Assembly (NCBI GenBank): GCA_949284575.1
Contig: CASDWO010000061.1
Coordinates: 16,924-80,923, forward strand
Length of the DNA: 64,000 bases
DNA from: an uncultured bacterium
GTDB taxonomy: Bacteria > Bacillota_I > Bacilli_A > RF39 > UBA660
Direction: 5' to 3'
Part shown: piece after piece, positions 41,129 to 54,556 of the stretch
Layout of the letters: each line of letters opens with the position of its first letter
Position numbering within the stretch: the stretch's first letter is position 1
Notes under the pieces: generated by a model
What the model was told of the DNA's origin: nothing
Databases searched by the model: none
Seen by the model: only the letters and a program-made list of their open reading frames with translations
Translations under genes and position numbers: made by a program

Positions 41129-42395
41129 TTTTTTTACCACCTTTCCATTTGGTTTTTATTTTTTCCACAAGTCTTGTTCCAAAAGATTGTTTTTTGTTAT
41201 GTTTAGTAATTGCGACATTATAAACATCTAAGACACTATCAGCGAAAGCAGGAAGAGAGTATTTTTTAATAGATTGAGCGGCTTTAGAAGTTAAATTTTC
41301 AAGTTCTAATTTATTAGAAGCTAGTTCTAAGACAATATTTAAGCATTCTTCTTGATTTTTAAAGATACGGCCATTAAAGTTATCTATAATAGCACTTTTA
41401 AAGGCATCATCATCTATACAAATAACAGGAAGTGATGCTGCTAAGGCTTCTATTACGGTTAGTCCTTGCGTTTCTGTTGTTGAAGCAGTTATAAAGGCAT
41501 TTGCAACATGGTAATAAGTAGGCATATCATTCCAAGCTACTTTACCAGTAAATTTAATTCTATCAGTAAGAGCCCTTCCCTTTACTTCTTTTTTATATTT
41601 ATCTTCATCAGGACCATAACCTACAATTAAAAGTTTAATATTTGGATTCTTAGATTTTTCTATTATATCAAAGAGAAATGGAACATTTTTCTCTTGAGCT
41701 AATCTTCCTACAAAAAGCATAACAAAATCTTTCTTTTTATAACCTAGTTCTCTTCTTAATTTTAAAACTTTTAATTTATCACTATTTTCTTTATAAAATC
41801 TAGAAGCATCTAATCCTGTAGGAACAATATATATATCTTTATCATAATGATATTCATCTCTAAATAAGTGATAAGTTTTAACAGTTGGAACAATAAAAGC
41901 ATCAGCAGTATTATCACAGTAGAATTTACTTAAGTATTCTACGGCTTTCTTACAGCCTAGATCAAAGAATTTAATATTTCTTGAGACATACCAAGTATAA
42001 TCTTTATACATAGTATGATAGGTATGAACTAAAGGAATATTATATTGTTTAGCGAAAAGACGGGCAAAGATACCCATACTTAGTTCTGTATGTGAGTGGA
42101 TAATATCTAAATCCCAGGATCTTATTCTATTTATTACTTTAAGAGGATAAAAACTTGACATTCGATAATCATATATACCTAGAGGTATTCCTGGAATGCG
42201 TAATATTTTTTGTTCTTCATCATAATTGTAGGTTTTAGCATCTTGACCAACGGTAATAACATAAACTGTATGGCCTTTTTCTTCTAATGCTTTTTTTAGA
42301 GTCTCAACGCTAGTTACAACTCCATTAACATTAGGTGAATAGGAGTCTGTAAACAAACCAATATTCATTCCATTTTTGTCTTTTATTTCAGGCAT
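41106..42395 (-). CDS. GT4 glycosyltransferase (glycolipid synthase-like)
   Basis: FTDSYSPNVNGV, HTYHT, GRLAQEKN, ETQGLTVIEA. Confidence 0.9.
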   Translation of the reverse strand: MPEIKDKNGMNIGLFTDSYSPNVNGVVTSVETLKKALEEKGHTVYVITVGQDAKTYNYDEEQKILRIPGIPLGIYDYRMSSFYPLKVINRIRSWDLDIIHSHTELSMGIFARLFAKQYNIPLVHTYHTMYKDYTWYVSRNIKFFDLGCKKAVEYLSKFYCDNTADAFIVPTVKTYHLFRDEYHYDKDIYIVPTGLDASRFYKENSDKLKVLKLRRELGYKKKDFVMLFVGRLAQEKNVPFLFDIIEKSKNPNIKLLIVGYGPDEDKYKKEVKGRALTDRIKFTGKVAWNDMPTYYHVANAFITASTTETQGLTVIEALAASLPVICIDDDAFKSAIIDNFNGRIFKNQEECLNIVLELASNKLELENLTSKAAQSIKKYSLPAFADSVLDVYNVAITKHNKKQSFGTRLVEKIKTKWKGGKKNDRSLKS

Positions 42396-42419
42396 AAGAT
42401 CATCTCCTTTAATAATAGT

Positions 42420-43598
42420 TTATTTTTCTTCGATGTTTTTTAAACCTGGTAGTTCTTTTCCTTCTAAATATTCTAGAGTAGCGCCACCACCTGTTGAAAT
42501 ATGATATAGTTTATCAGTTACATTACAAGCAGAAGTTGCTGCTACTATATCGCCACCTCCAATTACAGTTTTAGCATTTATTTCAGTTAAGTAGGTTAAT
42601 ACTTCATTTGTACCTTTAACATAGTTTGTAAATTCATATACTCCTAAAGGTCCATTCCACATAACGGTTTTAGCACTTGCTAAATTATTTTTAAAGATAT
42701 TAACAGTATTAGGACCAATATCTAAGCCCATGTCGTCATTAGTTAGTTCTGTTATATCTTTAACTTTACCAGTAGTATCAAGATATTCGTTATTACAGAT
42801 AACATCTACAGGTAATATTATTTTATTTTCATTTTCTTTTAGAATCTTTTTACAAAATTCAACAGATTCTTCATCTAATAAAGATTTACCAATATTATAA
42901 CCTTCAGCTTTTAAAAAGGTAAAGGCCATACCACCACCTATTAGGATTTTATCGCATTTAGGAAGTAAATTTTCAATTAGTCCTATCTTATCACTAACTT
43001 TAGCACCTCCTAATATTATCATAAATGGTTTATCAGGATCAAAAAGATAAGATAAAGCACTTAATTCTTTTTCGACAAGAAGACCAACACAACTTGGTAA
43101 GTAGGTGCTGATACCAACATTTGAAGCATGAGCACGGTGAAGAGTACCAAAGGCATCATTAACAAAGATATCTCCTAAACTTGCCCAGTATTTAGCAAGT
43201 TCCATATCACAACCGCTTTCTTTTTTACCATTTAAATCTTCATAACGAGTATTTTGCATTAAGATAATATCGCCATCTTGCATATTAGAAATAGCATTTT
43301 CTAACTCTTCTCCTCTTGTAGAATTTATAAAAGTTACATTTCTATCTAGTAGTTCGCTAAGTCTAGTTGCAACAACACTAAGGTCATTCTTAGTTTTATC
43401 TTCTTCTGTTTTTACTCTACCTAAATGAGACATTAATATTATTTTAGCATTATGTTCTATAGAGTATTTAATAGTAGGTAAACTCTTTACTATTCTTGTA
43501 TCGTCAGTAATCTTTCCATCTTTTAATGGGACATTAAAATCACATCTAATTATTACTTTTTTATTATCAATATTTAAATCTTTAATTGTTTTTTTCAT
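42420..43598 (-). CDS. pgk: Phosphoglycerate kinase
   Basis: DFNVP, SHLGR, GGAKVSDK, STGGGA. Confidence 0.98.
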   Translation of the reverse strand: MKKTIKDLNIDNKKVIIRCDFNVPLKDGKITDDTRIVKSLPTIKYSIEHNAKIILMSHLGRVKTEEDKTKNDLSVVATRLSELLDRNVTFINSTRGEELENAISNMQDGDIILMQNTRYEDLNGKKESGCDMELAKYWASLGDIFVNDAFGTLHRAHASNVGISTYLPSCVGLLVEKELSALSYLFDPDKPFMIILGGAKVSDKIGLIENLLPKCDKILIGGGMAFTFLKAEGYNIGKSLLDEESVEFCKKILKENENKIILPVDVICNNEYLDTTGKVKDITELTNDDMGLDIGPNTVNIFKNNLASAKTVMWNGPLGVYEFTNYVKGTNEVLTYLTEINAKTVIGGGDIVAATSACNVTDKLYHISTGGGATLEYLEGKELPGLKNIEEK

Positions 43599-43702
43599 AT
43601 CTAATCCTCCTAATAATATTTTAGTATTTTTCTTATATTTTTTCAATATTTCTTATATTTATAACGATATTGTAATGTCAAAAGAAAAAAGAGCTTAAGC
43701 TC

Positions 43703-44707
43703 TTATAGGTTCGCAATGTATTTAGCAACTCTAATCATTTGAGCTGTATAACTCATTTCATTATCATACCATGCTACTACTTTAACTAGTTGTTCTCCAT
43801 CTACTTCACTAATTGATGTTAGTAAGCTATCAACTAGACTACCATAGTGCATTCCAATTGTATCACTTGAAACGATTGGATCGGCTGTATATCCTAGAGT
43901 TTCATTAGTATTAGATTTTAAAGCTTCGTTTATTTCTTCTACTGTGGTATTTTTATTTAGTTTTAAAACTAAATCAACAACTGAACCGGTAGTTACAGGT
44001 ACTCTCATAGCAGTTCCTTCCATTTTTCCTTCAAGGTTAGGTAAGACTTTACCGATAGCTGATGCTGCACCAGTTGATGCTGGAACGATATTAGCAGCAC
44101 TGGCTCTACCACGACGAGCATAGATTCCTTTTTTATGAGCAACGTCTAGTGTAGCTTGATCATTTGTATAAGCATGAACTGTAGTCATATAGCCTTGTTT
44201 AATACCAAAGGTATCATCTAATACTTTTAGAACAGGAGCTAGACAGTTAGTAGTACAACTAGCTGCTGATATTATTTTTTCACTTCCATCTAAGATGTTA
44301 TGATTTACATTATAGACAATAGTTTTAACATCTCCTTTAGCAGGAGCTGAGATTATTACTTTTTTAGCACCAGCATTAATATGAGCCATTGCTTTTTCAA
44401 CACTTGTAAATTTACCAGTACATTCTAATACAACATCAATATCTAAATCTTTCCAAGGTAAAAGATTAGGATCAGTTTCGGCATATACTTTAATCTTCTT
44501 ATCCCCTACTACAATATTATTACCTTCAAAAGATATTTCATTTTCTTTATATCTTCTATGAGATGTATCATATTTAAGTAGGTAAGCAAGTTGTTCTGCA
44601 TCTGTTAAATCATTAATAGCAACTACTTCCATTTCAGGATCTTCATCAAGCAGTCTAAAGGCAAGTCTTCCTATTCTTCCAAAACCATTAATTGCAACTT
44701 TTTTCAT
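43703..44707 (-). CDS. gap: Glyceraldehyde-3-phosphate dehydrogenase
   Basis: [20 protein letters not shown]. Confidence 0.98.
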   Translation of the reverse strand: MKKVAINGFGRIGRLAFRLLDEDPEMEVVAINDLTDAEQLAYLLKYDTSHRRYKENEISFEGNNIVVGDKKIKVYAETDPNLLPWKDLDIDVVLECTGKFTSVEKAMAHINAGAKKVIISAPAKGDVKTIVYNVNHNILDGSEKIISAASCTTNCLAPVLKVLDDTFGIKQGYMTTVHAYTNDQATLDVAHKKGIYARRGRASAANIVPASTGAASAIGKVLPNLEGKMEGTAMRVPVTTGSVVDLVLKLNKNTTVEEINEALKSNTNETLGYTADPIVSSDTIGMHYGSLVDSLLTSISEVDGEQLVKVVAWYDNEMSYTAQMIRVAKYIANL

Positions 44708-44709
44708 TT

Positions 44710-44895
44710 TTATTCCTCCTCTTCTTCTGGAGATACAAAGATTGTATCTTCTTTTTTAATTACAGGGTTTGGCGAATCTTCACCGATTCCGTTATTATAA
44801 GCTAAAACCATTATGGCAATTAACACAATAACAAAGACGCCAATAAAGATTAACATTGTTGACATACCAAATCCTCTATTATTTAGTTTAGCCAT
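44710..44895 (-). CDS. Small single-TM protein with a prepilin-like (class III) N-terminus
   Basis: [37 protein letters not shown]. Confidence 0.6.
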   Translation of the reverse strand: MAKLNNRGFGMSTMLIFIGVFVIVLIAIMVLAYNNGIGEDSPNPVIKKEDTIFVSPEEEEE

Positions 44896-44910
44896 AATCA
44901 TCACCTCTTA

Positions 44911-45513
44911 TTAAATTATTTCTAAAGCGGCAAACTTATTTATGATTTCTTGATATATTTGATACCACGAATAGACTCTAATTACATTTTTACCAGTGCA
45001 ATCTTGATTATAAGGAGCATCAAATACCATTACAGGTATAATTTTAGATATTTCATTAACATTTTTAGCTTTATCTTCAATCATTAAATCTAACCCTATA
45101 CTTAGACATTTTTCTCTTTTATTGTTGCTATTTATAATTAATTCATCATACTCTATATTATTCTTATGAAGCCATGCTTTAACGTAATATGTCATCATAC
45201 CAGCATATTGATTAGTTAAATACTGATTATCTCTAGCTGATAGTATGATAATTTTATGACCAGCCTTACGCATTCGATGAATAACTTCACTAGCATAAGG
45301 TCGAGGCGGAATAGCAATTAAGAGATCAAAAATATATTGTCGCCAAAATTCAATGTTTTCTTCGCTAGATAAATAGAATTGTTCTTCCATATAATAACCT
45401 TTAGGATTAAATCCACGGTTAATATCTCTTTCAAAACAAAACTTTGAACCACAAGCGAAGTGCCATTCAGCGACGTCATTTAAGACTCCATCCAAATCAA
45501 CACCTATTCGCAT
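44911..45513 (-). CDS. HAD-family 5'(3')-nucleotidase (NT5C-like)
   Basis: IGVDLDGVL, LSAR, MIED, PYN, W. Confidence 0.85.
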   Translation of the reverse strand: MRIGVDLDGVLNDVAEWHFACGSKFCFERDINRGFNPKGYYMEEQFYLSSEENIEFWRQYIFDLLIAIPPRPYASEVIHRMRKAGHKIIILSARDNQYLTNQYAGMMTYYVKAWLHKNNIEYDELIINSNNKREKCLSIGLDLMIEDKAKNVNEISKIIPVMVFDAPYNQDCTGKNVIRVYSWYQIYQEIINKFAALEII

Positions 45514-45585
45514 ATAACCAATCCCTTCCATTATTATTGTAGCAAAATACATAAAAAAAAGGAATAGTGTTTATAAAATTTGACA

Positions 45586-48500
45586 CTATTCCATAAATTC
45601 ATCTTCTAATTTTTCTAAAGGTTCTTCATCAATAAATTCATCTTCTAAAGTGTATGATATATCACGATATTTCTTAAGACCTGTTCCTGCTGGTATTAAT
45701 TTACCAATTAGAACATTTTCTTTTAGTCCTTCTAAGTGATCAACTTTTCCTCTAATTGAAGCATCTGTTAAGATTCTTGTTGTTTCTTGGAATGAAGCTG
45801 CCGATAAGAAGGAATCTGTTTCAAGAGAGGCTTTAGTAATACCAAGTAGTACTGGGCGACCTGTAGCAGGACGTTTACCACTGATGATTACTTCTTTATT
45901 ACCTTCTGTAAATTCTCTAAAGTTAACTAGAGAACCAGGTAAGAATTTAGTGTCTCCACCTTCAACAATTCTAATCTTAGATATCATACGACGTGCGATA
46001 ATTTCAATATGTTTATCAGCAATATCAACACCTTGAGAACGATATGTATTTTGTACTTCTTTCAAGATGTATTCTTGTGTTGTAATTGGATCTGTTACAT
46101 CAAGTAATTCTTTTGGTGAAATAGCCCCTTTTGTTAATTTATCACCACAAGAAACTGTATCACCTTTTTCTACACATAGCTTAGCACCATAGTTTGTGAT
46201 ATGTTCTTTAGTTTCTACTTTATTAGTAATACTAATCTTATATTTACCATGATCTTCAGCTATCTTAGTTATTTTTCCATCAATTTCAGCGATAGTAGCT
46301 TTACCTTTAGGGTTACGAGCTTCAAATAGTTCTTGAACACGTGGAAGACCTTGAGTAATATCTTCACCACCAGCAACACCACCTGTATGGAAAGTACGCA
46401 TGGTAAGTTGGGTACCTGGTTCACCGATTGATTGAGCAGCCATAACACCTACAGCTTCACCAATTTCAACAACATTACCTGTAGCAAGGTTTCGACCATA
46501 ACATTTACGGCATACACCTTTTTCGGTATTACAAGTTAGAATTGATCTAATTTCAACTTCTTCAATTCCTGCTGCTACTATTTTGTCAGCTTTAGCTTCA
46601 GTTATAAATTCGTCTTTATCAACAATTACTTCTTTAGTTTCAGGATTTATTACTTTCTTGCTAGCATAACGACCAACAATACGATCATATAGGCTTTCAA
46701 TAACAGCACCTGTTTTTTCATTAACAAAGGCTCTTGCTAAAACACCTTGTTCACTGCCACAATCATCTTCTTTAACGATAATATCTTGAGATACATCAAC
46801 AAGACGACGTGTTAAGTAACCTGAGTCTGCAGTTTTTAAAGCGGTATCAGCACTACCTTTACGAGCAGAGTGAGTTGATAAGAAGAATTCTGATACTGAT
46901 AGTCCTTCTTTAAAGTTTGAGATAACTGGTATTTCAATTGGATCACCATTTGGTTTTTGCATTAGTCCACGCATACCAGCAACTTGGGTAAACTGAGAAA
47001 TACTACCACGTGCTTTAGAGTGCATCATGATGAAGATTGGGTTATCTACTTGTTCTTTAGAGATATCTTCAAGTTCTGCTTGAACTTTATCTTTAACTCC
47101 ATACCAAGTTTCAATAACTTTCTCATGACGTTCTTCTTCAGTAATTAAACCACGTGTGTATTGTTTATTAATTTTATTAACTAAGGCTTGTCCTTCGTCA
47201 ATGTATTCTTGTTTATGTTCACTTGTGGCAACATCACTCATAGAAATAGTAATACCAGCGATAGTTGAGTAATAGAAACCTAAGTCTTTCATTTTATCAA
47301 GCATTTCTGATGTTTCTGTAGTTTTATAACGGTTAAATACTTGAGCAATTACTTTTTCAAGAGTACCTTTAGCGAAAGGTTTAACTAAAGGCATATTTTT
47401 AATAGCTTCTTTTAAGTCAGTACCTTTTTCTAAGAAATACTTGTTAGGAGTAATATTTTGAATATTATCATCAGTTGGTTCATTAATATATGGGAATGAA
47501 TCTGGTAAGATTTCATTAAATTTAATTTTACCTACTGTTGTAACTAAGTATTTACCTTTTTGAGAGGTAGTGAATATTTTATATTTAAAAGAATCTACTG
47601 GAATAACAATTCTTGTATGAAGAGTTATTTCACGTCTTTCATATGCCATTAAAGCTTCGTTAGCATTTTTGAAGACTCTTCCTTCTCCATCTTCACCTGC
47701 TTTTTCCATTGTTATATAGTAGTTACCTAAAACCATATCTTGAGCTGGAGTAACAATTGGTTTTCCATCAGATGGTTTTAAGATATTTCCTGAACCTAAC
47801 ATTAGCATTCTAGCTTCTGCTTGAGCTTCTTCTGATAGTGGTACATGGACAGCCATTTGGTCACCATCGAAGTCAGCATTAAAGGCAGGACAAACTAATG
47901 GATGTAGTCTTATCGCTTTACCACCTACTAGAATAGGTTCAAATGCTTGGATACCTAATCTATGTAGGGTTGGAGCTCTGTTTAGGAGAACTGGATGTTC
48001 TTTAATAACATCTTCTACAATATCCCAAACTACAGGATCTCTATTTTCAATTAAACGTTTAGCAGCTTTAATATTGTGAGCGATATCGCGTTCTACTAAG
48101 CCATTGATAACGTGTGGTTTAAATAATTCTAGAGCCATTTCTTTTGGAATACCACATTGATACATTTTAAGTGATGGTCCAACAACGATAACTGAACGTC
48201 CAGAATAGTCAACACGTTTACCAAGTAAGTTTTGACGAAAGCGCCCTTGTTTACCTTTTAACATGCTAGAAAGTGATTTCAAAGCACGATTTCCGGCACC
48301 TGTTACACTTCTACCACGACGTCCATTATCAAATAGGGCATCAACTGCTTCTTGTAACATACGTTTTTCATTTTGAATAATGATACCAGGAGCGCCTAAA
48401 TCAATAAGTTTTTTTAAACGATTATTACGGTTAATAACACGACGATATAAGTCATTTAAATCACTTGTGGCAAAACGTCCACCATCTAATTGAATCATAG

Positions 48501-49218
48501 GACGAAGATCAGGTGGTATTACAGGAATACAATCTAAAATCATCCATTCAGGTTTTTGATTAGAGCGATAGAAAGCATCTAAAACATCTAATCTTTTTAA
48601 GAGTCTTGTTCTCTTTTGACCTTGAGCATTTTCAAGTTCTTTATTAATGATATCTATATCATGTTTTAAATCTACTTTTTTAAGTAGTTCTTTAATTGCT
48701 TCAGCACCCATTCCTACTTTAAATCCGTTACCATATTTTTCATAATAAGCACGATATTCTTTTTCTGATAGGGTTTGTTTGTTTTCTAAAGGAGCATTAC
48801 CTTTATCAATTACAACATAACTAACAAAGTATAATACTTCTTCAAGATCTCTTGGGCTCATATCAAGTACAAGACCCATTCTTGAAGGGACTCCTTTAAA
48901 GAACCAGATATGAGAGACAGGACTAGCAAGTTCAATGTGTCCCATTCTCTCACGTCTTACTTTAGATTTGGTTACTTCAACACCACAACGATCGCAGACA
49001 ATATTTTTATAACGAACACGTTTATATTTTCCACAAGCACATTCGAAATCTTTCGTAGGTCCGAAAATCTTTTCACAGAATAAACCATCACGTTCTGGAC
49101 GAAGAGTTCGATAATTAATAGTTTCTGGTTTTTTTACTTCACCATAACTCCATTCACGAATTTTTTCAGGAGAAGCGATACCAATTCTAATGGCATCAAA
49201 TTTATTTACTTCTAACAT
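45586..49218 (-). CDS. rpoC: RNA polymerase beta' subunit
   Basis: NADFDGDQM, zinc-finger cysteines. Confidence 0.99.
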   Translation of the reverse strand: MLEVNKFDAIRIGIASPEKIREWSYGEVKKPETINYRTLRPERDGLFCEKIFGPTKDFECACGKYKRVRYKNIVCDRCGVEVTKSKVRRERMGHIELASPVSHIWFFKGVPSRMGLVLDMSPRDLEEVLYFVSYVVIDKGNAPLENKQTLSEKEYRAYYEKYGNGFKVGMGAEAIKELLKKVDLKHDIDIINKELENAQGQKRTRLLKRLDVLDAFYRSNQKPEWMILDCIPVIPPDLRPMIQLDGGRFATSDLNDLYRRVINRNNRLKKLIDLGAPGIIIQNEKRMLQEAVDALFDNGRRGRSVTGAGNRALKSLSSMLKGKQGRFRQNLLGKRVDYSGRSVIVVGPSLKMYQCGIPKEMALELFKPHVINGLVERDIAHNIKAAKRLIENRDPVVWDIVEDVIKEHPVLLNRAPTLHRLGIQAFEPILVGGKAIRLHPLVCPAFNADFDGDQMAVHVPLSEEAQAEARMLMLGSGNILKPSDGKPIVTPAQDMVLGNYYITMEKAGEDGEGRVFKNANEALMAYERREITLHTRIVIPVDSFKYKIFTTSQKGKYLVTTVGKIKFNEILPDSFPYINEPTDDNIQNITPNKYFLEKGTDLKEAIKNMPLVKPFAKGTLEKVIAQVFNRYKTTETSEMLDKMKDLGFYYSTIAGITISMSDVATSEHKQEYIDEGQALVNKINKQYTRGLITEEERHEKVIETWYGVKDKVQAELEDISKEQVDNPIFIMMHSKARGSISQFTQVAGMRGLMQKPNGDPIEIPVISNFKEGLSVSEFFLSTHSARKGSADTALKTADSGYLTRRLVDVSQDIIVKEDDCGSEQGVLARAFVNEKTGAVIESLYDRIVGRYASKKVINPETKEVIVDKDEFITEAKADKIVAAGIEEVEIRSILTCNTEKGVCRKCYGRNLATGNVVEIGEAVGVMAAQSIGEPGTQLTMRTFHTGGVAGGEDITQGLPRVQELFEARNPKGKATIAEIDGKITKIAEDHGKYKISITNKVETKEHITNYGAKLCVEKGDTVSCGDKLTKGAISPKELLDVTDPITTQEYILKEVQNTYRSQGVDIADKHIEIIARRMISKIRIVEGGDTKFLPGSLVNFREFTEGNKEVIISGKRPATGRPVLLGITKASLETDSFLSAASFQETTRILTDASIRGKVDHLEGLKENVLIGKLIPAGTGLKKYRDISYTLEDEFIDEEPLEKLEDEFME

Positions 49219-52200
49219 TATTCATCATCTCCTTCAATTAAGTCTTCTTCCGTTGGTTCATCTTCTAAGAAGTCATCATCTAATAGATCATCTTCGTCTT
49301 CATAATCTTCACTATCTTCTTTAGCTTCTTCTTTTATTTCAGTTTCATCTAACACTGGAGTAATTGGAAGATCATCATCTATCATATCTTTACTATCTTC
49401 ATCATTTTCTTCAATTTGTTTTAAGCCTAAAGCTTCTCCATCTTCATTGATAATAGATATATCAAGACCTAAAGCTTGGAATTCTTTCATTAATACTCTA
49501 AATGATTCAGGAACTCCTGCTTGATTTAGTTCTTCACCTTTTACAATTGATTCATAAACTTTTACACGGCCAACAACATCGTCTGATTTAACTGTCATCA
49601 TTTCTTGAAGGGTATAAGCAGCTCCGTATGCATATAGAGCCCAAACTTCCATTTCTCCGAAACGTTGACCACCAAACTGAGCTTTACCTCCAAGTGGTTG
49701 TTGTGTTACTAATGAGTAAGGTCCTGTACTTCTAGCATGTAGTTTATCATCTACCATGTGGTGAAGTTTAATCATATACATGACACCAACAGAAATACGG
49801 TTATCAAATGGTTCTCCAGTACGTCCATCATAAAGGACTGTTTTTCCATCAGGATCCATTCCAGCTTCTGCCATGATCTCTTCAATATCTGAAATATGAG
49901 CACCATCGAAGACTGGAGTTGCGATATGTACGCCTAATTTTTTAGCAGCCATACCCATATGTAATTCTAGAATTTGTCCTAGGTTCATACGAGATGGAAC
50001 ACCTTGTGGGTTAAGCATAATATCTACAGGACGTCCATCTGGTAAGTAAGGCATATCTTCTTGAGGTAAGATTAGGGAAATAACACCTTTATTACCATGT
50101 CGACCTGACATTTTATCTCCAACTTGGATTTTACGTTTTTGAATGATATAAACTCTTATTACTTTAGAAACACCTGCTGGTAGTTCATCATTATCTTTAC
50201 GAGAATAAATCTTAATATCATGAACAATACCATCACCACCGTGAGGAACACGAAGGGAAGTATCTCTTACTTCACGAGTTTTTTCACCAAATATGGCATG
50301 TAATAGTTTTTCTTCACTAGATAACTCAGCCATTCCTTTTGGTGTTACTTTACCAACTAAGATATCTCCTTCTTTAACTTCAGTACCGATTGTTACGATA
50401 CCGTGTTCATCAAGGTTTTTCTTAGCTTCTTCACTAACATTTGGAATATCACGAGTAATTTCTTCTGGTCCTAGTTTAGTTTCACGACATTGCATTTCAT
50501 AGTCTTCTAGATGAAGTGATGTATATTTATCATCTTTAACTAGATTTTCATTTAATATTACAGCATCCTCATAGTTATAACCATTATATGTCATGAAAGC
50601 GACAACAACGTTTTTACCTAATGCAAGTTCTCCGTTATCACAACTATTACCATCAGCGATGATATCTCCCATTTTTACTTTATCACCAGCTCTTACGATT
50701 GGTCGTTGATGTGAACAAATACTTGAGTTTGCTAGTTCAAAGTTTGCTAAGTAATAGGTATCTTTTCCTTTAGCATTAGCGATAACGATTTTTTTAGCAT
50801 CAACATAGTCTACGATACCATCTGCTTTAGCGATAACGCATACTCCTGAATCTTTAGCAGCGACATGTTCAACACCTGTTCCAATGAATGGAGCTTCTGT
50901 TTTTAATAATGGCATGGCTTGACGTTGCATGTTAGCCCCCATCAAAGCACGTGTTGCATCGTCATGTTCTAGGAATGGGATACAACTTGTTGTTACTGAT
51001 ACAACTTGTTGAGGTGAGACATCAATATAGTCTACTTGTTCAGGTTTTGCAAGAATATTTTCATCACGGAATCTTGCTGCTACTTGTTTATCAATAATTA
51101 CATTGTTTTCATCAGTATTAACTGTTGACTCAGAAATAATATAGTCTTGTTCTTCATCGGCTGTAAAGTAAACTACTTCATCTGTTATCTTACAATCTAC
51201 TACTTTACGATATGGAGTCATAATAAAGCCATATTCATCTACTTTAGCATAACTTGCAAGTGAAGTTATAAGACCGATATTTTGTCCTTCAGGTGACTCG
51301 ATTGGACAGATTCTACCATAGTGTGATGCATTAACGTCACGCACTTCTACACCTGCTCTATCACGAGAAAGTCCTCCTGGTCCTAAAGCTGACAAACGAC
51401 GTTTATTAGTAAGTTCTGCGATAGGGTTAGTTTGATCCATGAATTGTGAAAGTTGAGATGAACCAAAGAACTCTTTCATAGCAGCAGTTACTGGTCTAAT
51501 ATTGATTAATGTCTTAGGAGTTACTTCTTCCATTTCTTGAGTAGTCATTCGCTCACGAATAACTCTTTCCATACGAGAAATACCAATTCTAAATTGATTT
51601 TGTAATAATTCTCCTACTTGTCTAATACGACGGTTACCTAAATGGTCAATTTCATCATAATTACCAACACCATGTAAAAGGTTTAAGTAATAAGATGTTG
51701 CAGCATATACATCTGATATTGTTAGACGTTTAGAGTCAATTGACTGATCATTACCAATAACAATTAATTTTTTCTTCTTATCATTTGGATCATAAATAGT
51801 TACTTTTTGTATTTTATTATAAGTATCTAATTCATCATTGATCTTAGCTTCAACAACACCATAGCCATTTGCAAAGATTTCTCTTAAATCCTCTAAAATA
51901 TCTTTAGTTACAACTGTTCCTTTAGCAAATTTAGTCTCTCCATCTACTACAATATCTTCAGCAAGTGTTTGATTTAAAAGACGATCTACAATATTTAATT
52001 TACGATTAAATTTATAACGACCTACTTTAGCAAGATCATATCTAAATTCATCAAAAAATCTTGTAATAATATGGTTTTTAGATGAATCTAATGTAGCAGG
52101 TTCTCCTGGTCTTAATTTTTCATAGATTTCAATTAAAGCTTCATCAAGATTCTTTGTAGCATCTTTAGCGATAGTATTTTTAAGGAAATCATCTTCTCCA

Positions 52201-52832
52201 AATAATTTTAAGATATCTTCATCACTAGATAAACCAAAAGCACGTAGTAATGTTGTTAATGTTACCTTTCTTGTTCTATCAATTCTTACATATAATACAT
52301 CTCTAGCATCTGCTTCAAACTCTAACCAAGTACCACGTGTAGGGATGATTTGGGAAGTGATAAGTTCACGTCCATTTTTATCAATCTCATGATTATAATA
52401 AACACTTGGCGAACGAACAAGTTGCGAAACAATAACACGTTCTGCTCCATTTATTATAAATGTTCCACTATCAGTCATAATTGGCATATCACCAAGGAAA
52501 ATCTCTTGTTCTTTAACCTCTCCTGTTTCACGGTTAAAAAGACGCACTTCTACCTTTAGTGGTGCTGCATAAGTAGTTTCTCTATCTTTACTAGCTTTGA
52601 TAGAATATCTTGGTTCTTCAAAATGATAATCACCGAACTCTAAAGATAGTGTACCTGAAAAGTTTTCTACAGGAAATAAGTCTTCAAAAACTTCCTTAAT
52701 TCCTGTTGTAACAAACCAGTCATAAGACTTTTTCTGGATTTCTAATAAATCCTTTAATTCATAAGTATTTCTAATTCTTGAATAATTTCTTCTTTTACGT
52801 TTTTTTCCATATTCTACAATTTTATATGACAC
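49218..52832 (-). CDS. rpoB: RNA polymerase beta subunit
   Basis: [24 protein letters not shown] start. Confidence 0.99.
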   Translation of the reverse strand: MSYKIVEYGKKRKRRNYSRIRNTYELKDLLEIQKKSYDWFVTTGIKEVFEDLFPVENFSGTLSLEFGDYHFEEPRYSIKASKDRETTYAAPLKVEVRLFNRETGEVKEQEIFLGDMPIMTDSGTFIINGAERVIVSQLVRSPSVYYNHEIDKNGRELITSQIIPTRGTWLEFEADARDVLYVRIDRTRKVTLTTLLRAFGLSSDEDILKLFGEDDFLKNTIAKDATKNLDEALIEIYEKLRPGEPATLDSSKNHIITRFFDEFRYDLAKVGRYKFNRKLNIVDRLLNQTLAEDIVVDGETKFAKGTVVTKDILEDLREIFANGYGVVEAKINDELDTYNKIQKVTIYDPNDKKKKLIVIGNDQSIDSKRLTISDVYAATSYYLNLLHGVGNYDEIDHLGNRRIRQVGELLQNQFRIGISRMERVIRERMTTQEMEEVTPKTLINIRPVTAAMKEFFGSSQLSQFMDQTNPIAELTNKRRLSALGPGGLSRDRAGVEVRDVNASHYGRICPIESPEGQNIGLITSLASYAKVDEYGFIMTPYRKVVDCKITDEVVYFTADEEQDYIISESTVNTDENNVIIDKQVAARFRDENILAKPEQVDYIDVSPQQVVSVTTSCIPFLEHDDATRALMGANMQRQAMPLLKTEAPFIGTGVEHVAAKDSGVCVIAKADGIVDYVDAKKIVIANAKGKDTYYLANFELANSSICSHQRPIVRAGDKVKMGDIIADGNSCDNGELALGKNVVVAFMTYNGYNYEDAVILNENLVKDDKYTSLHLEDYEMQCRETKLGPEEITRDIPNVSEEAKKNLDEHGIVTIGTEVKEGDILVGKVTPKGMAELSSEEKLLHAIFGEKTREVRDTSLRVPHGGDGIVHDIKIYSRKDNDELPAGVSKVIRVYIIQKRKIQVGDKMSGRHGNKGVISLILPQEDMPYLPDGRPVDIMLNPQGVPSRMNLGQILELHMGMAAKKLGVHIATPVFDGAHISDIEEIMAEAGMDPDGKTVLYDGRTGEPFDNRISVGVMYMIKLHHMVDDKLHARSTGPYSLVTQQPLGGKAQFGGQRFGEMEVWALYAYGAAYTLQEMMTVKSDDVVGRVKVYESIVKGEELNQAGVPESFRVLMKEFQALGLDISIINEDGEALGLKQIEENDEDSKDMIDDDLPITPVLDETEIKEEAKEDSEDYEDEDDLLDDDFLEDEPTEEDLIEGDDE

Positions 52833-52926
52833 TCAAATTCACCCCTATACCATAGATTTAACTTATTTATGTTATTAAAAATAACATATTGCCAATTTAT
52901 ATTATTAGCATAACTTTATCAACAAG

Positions 52927-53517
52927 TCAACACATTTTTGCAACTATTATGAAAAAACCTTTACTTTTATTAACAATACTAACATCATAGTATTTTTTTA
53001 AGTCAGAAATTGCCGAAATAGCACCTTGATCTTTTCTTATCACTAAGTACAAGACGCCATCAGGATCTAAATGATTTCTAGCATTAAGTAAGATATCATA
53101 GACTATTTTTTTACCCGCTCTAATTGGAGGATTTGTAATAATAGTCTTATATTTTCTCGTGATATTTTCATAACAGTTATTTTCAAATATATTTATATTA
53201 GTACATTTATTTTCTTTAGCATTTCTTTTAGATAGATGCAAAGCTCTTTTATTAACATCTACCATATCCACTTCTAAATTAGTTTTCTTATTAACGACGA
53301 TTCCTAGAACTCCATAACCACAACCTACATCGAGTATCGGCCCTTCAAGTTCATTATAAGGCAATGATTTTAAGAGTAACTCACTGCCATAATCAAGGCC
53401 ATGTTTAGCAAAGACACCATTATCCGTATAAAAAATAAAGTTTTGATCCAAAATGATTGCTGTAGTTTTTTTTAAATTACTAGGGAGATTTTGGTCATTT
53501 TCAAAATAATGACTCAT
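52927..53517 (-). CDS. Class I SAM methyltransferase (RsmC/YbxB-like)
   Basis: LDVGCGYG, TNPPIRAGK; conserved position before rpoB. Confidence 0.9.
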   Translation of the reverse strand: MSHYFENDQNLPSNLKKTTAIILDQNFIFYTDNGVFAKHGLDYGSELLLKSLPYNELEGPILDVGCGYGVLGIVVNKKTNLEVDMVDVNKRALHLSKRNAKENKCTNINIFENNCYENITRKYKTIITNPPIRAGKKIVYDILLNARNHLDPDGVLYLVIRKDQGAISAISDLKKYYDVSIVNKSKGFFIIVAKMC

Positions 53518-53608
53518 TAATATCACCTCAAAACAAAGAAAGAGACAACCCATTATACAAAAGTATATAGTTTGTCTCCTTTCGTAGTGTTATAATACAC
53601 TATTTTTT

Positions 53609-54556
53609 TTATTTCGTCAACAGTTTTTTTTGAAGTTGTTTTTGGAAATTGTTATTTGACAGTTTAGAAGTTATATCAAGATAATCAGGACTTTTTAAGT
53701 ATTCTTTTTCAATATAATCATCATCATAAAAAGCATAATTGGTAAATTCTTCTTTATATATTGATAGAAAAATATTAATATCTGCTTTATCGAACTTAGC
53801 CTGTGAATAAAATTCAACTAAAATATTTAGATAAACATCAACTAAATAATTTGATAATATATTCATAATTTGTAAAGTTTTTTTTATATTATTTCTATAT
53901 ACACTTAGTTTATCCATAGAACTAATGAAAGCGATTGCCTCTTCTTTAGATGAAAACTTTGATAAGAATTTAATTATTGCATACAAATTATTGGAAGCAT
54001 AAAAATCTTGCATATTTTTTTCTCCTAATATTAGCTCCGTTTTCCTAGCAATATTTGCTTCTATCTTATACGAAACTACACTATCAAAGTATCTATTTGC
54101 TAATAAGTCTGTGTATCCTTCATTTAAGCTTCTCGCTATATCAGTATGTATATTTGTATAATTAAAGCCAGAAACTGTTGATAAAATATTTTTCTTATAA
54201 GTAGTAAATGCATGAAATAGTTCATGATATATGGAATTATCTATATTTTTTCCTACATAAATTTTATTGTTTAAATTATTATAATATGCTTCACTAGTTG
54301 GAAATAATAAAGTTTGCAATATTGTTTTTTGTTTAATAGTTAATGTTCTTAAGGTTTCATTTGGATTTCTAAAATTAAAATTATCATTGATATTTTTTAT
54401 GAACTTTTTTAAATATGGTTTATACCTTTCTTCAATAGATAAATCTTCTATATCTAATGTAATCTTTTGTCTTGTTAAAACTGGCTCTGGTGATTTTATA
54501 TTTTTTAGTATATCCTTGCAGTTATTTTTATTTATCTTTAAGTTATTTATTGCCAT
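53609..54556 (-). CDS. Orphan gluzincin-like metallopeptidase
   Basis: IYHELFH...SLNEGYT. Confidence 0.65.
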   Translation of the reverse strand: MAINNLKINKNNCKDILKNIKSPEPVLTRQKITLDIEDLSIEERYKPYLKKFIKNINDNFNFRNPNETLRTLTIKQKTILQTLLFPTSEAYYNNLNNKIYVGKNIDNSIYHELFHAFTTYKKNILSTVSGFNYTNIHTDIARSLNEGYTDLLANRYFDSVVSYKIEANIARKTELILGEKNMQDFYASNNLYAIIKFLSKFSSKEEAIAFISSMDKLSVYRNNIKKTLQIMNILSNYLVDVYLNILVEFYSQAKFDKADINIFLSIYKEEFTNYAFYDDDYIEKEYLKSPDYLDITSKLSNNNFQKQLQKKLLTK

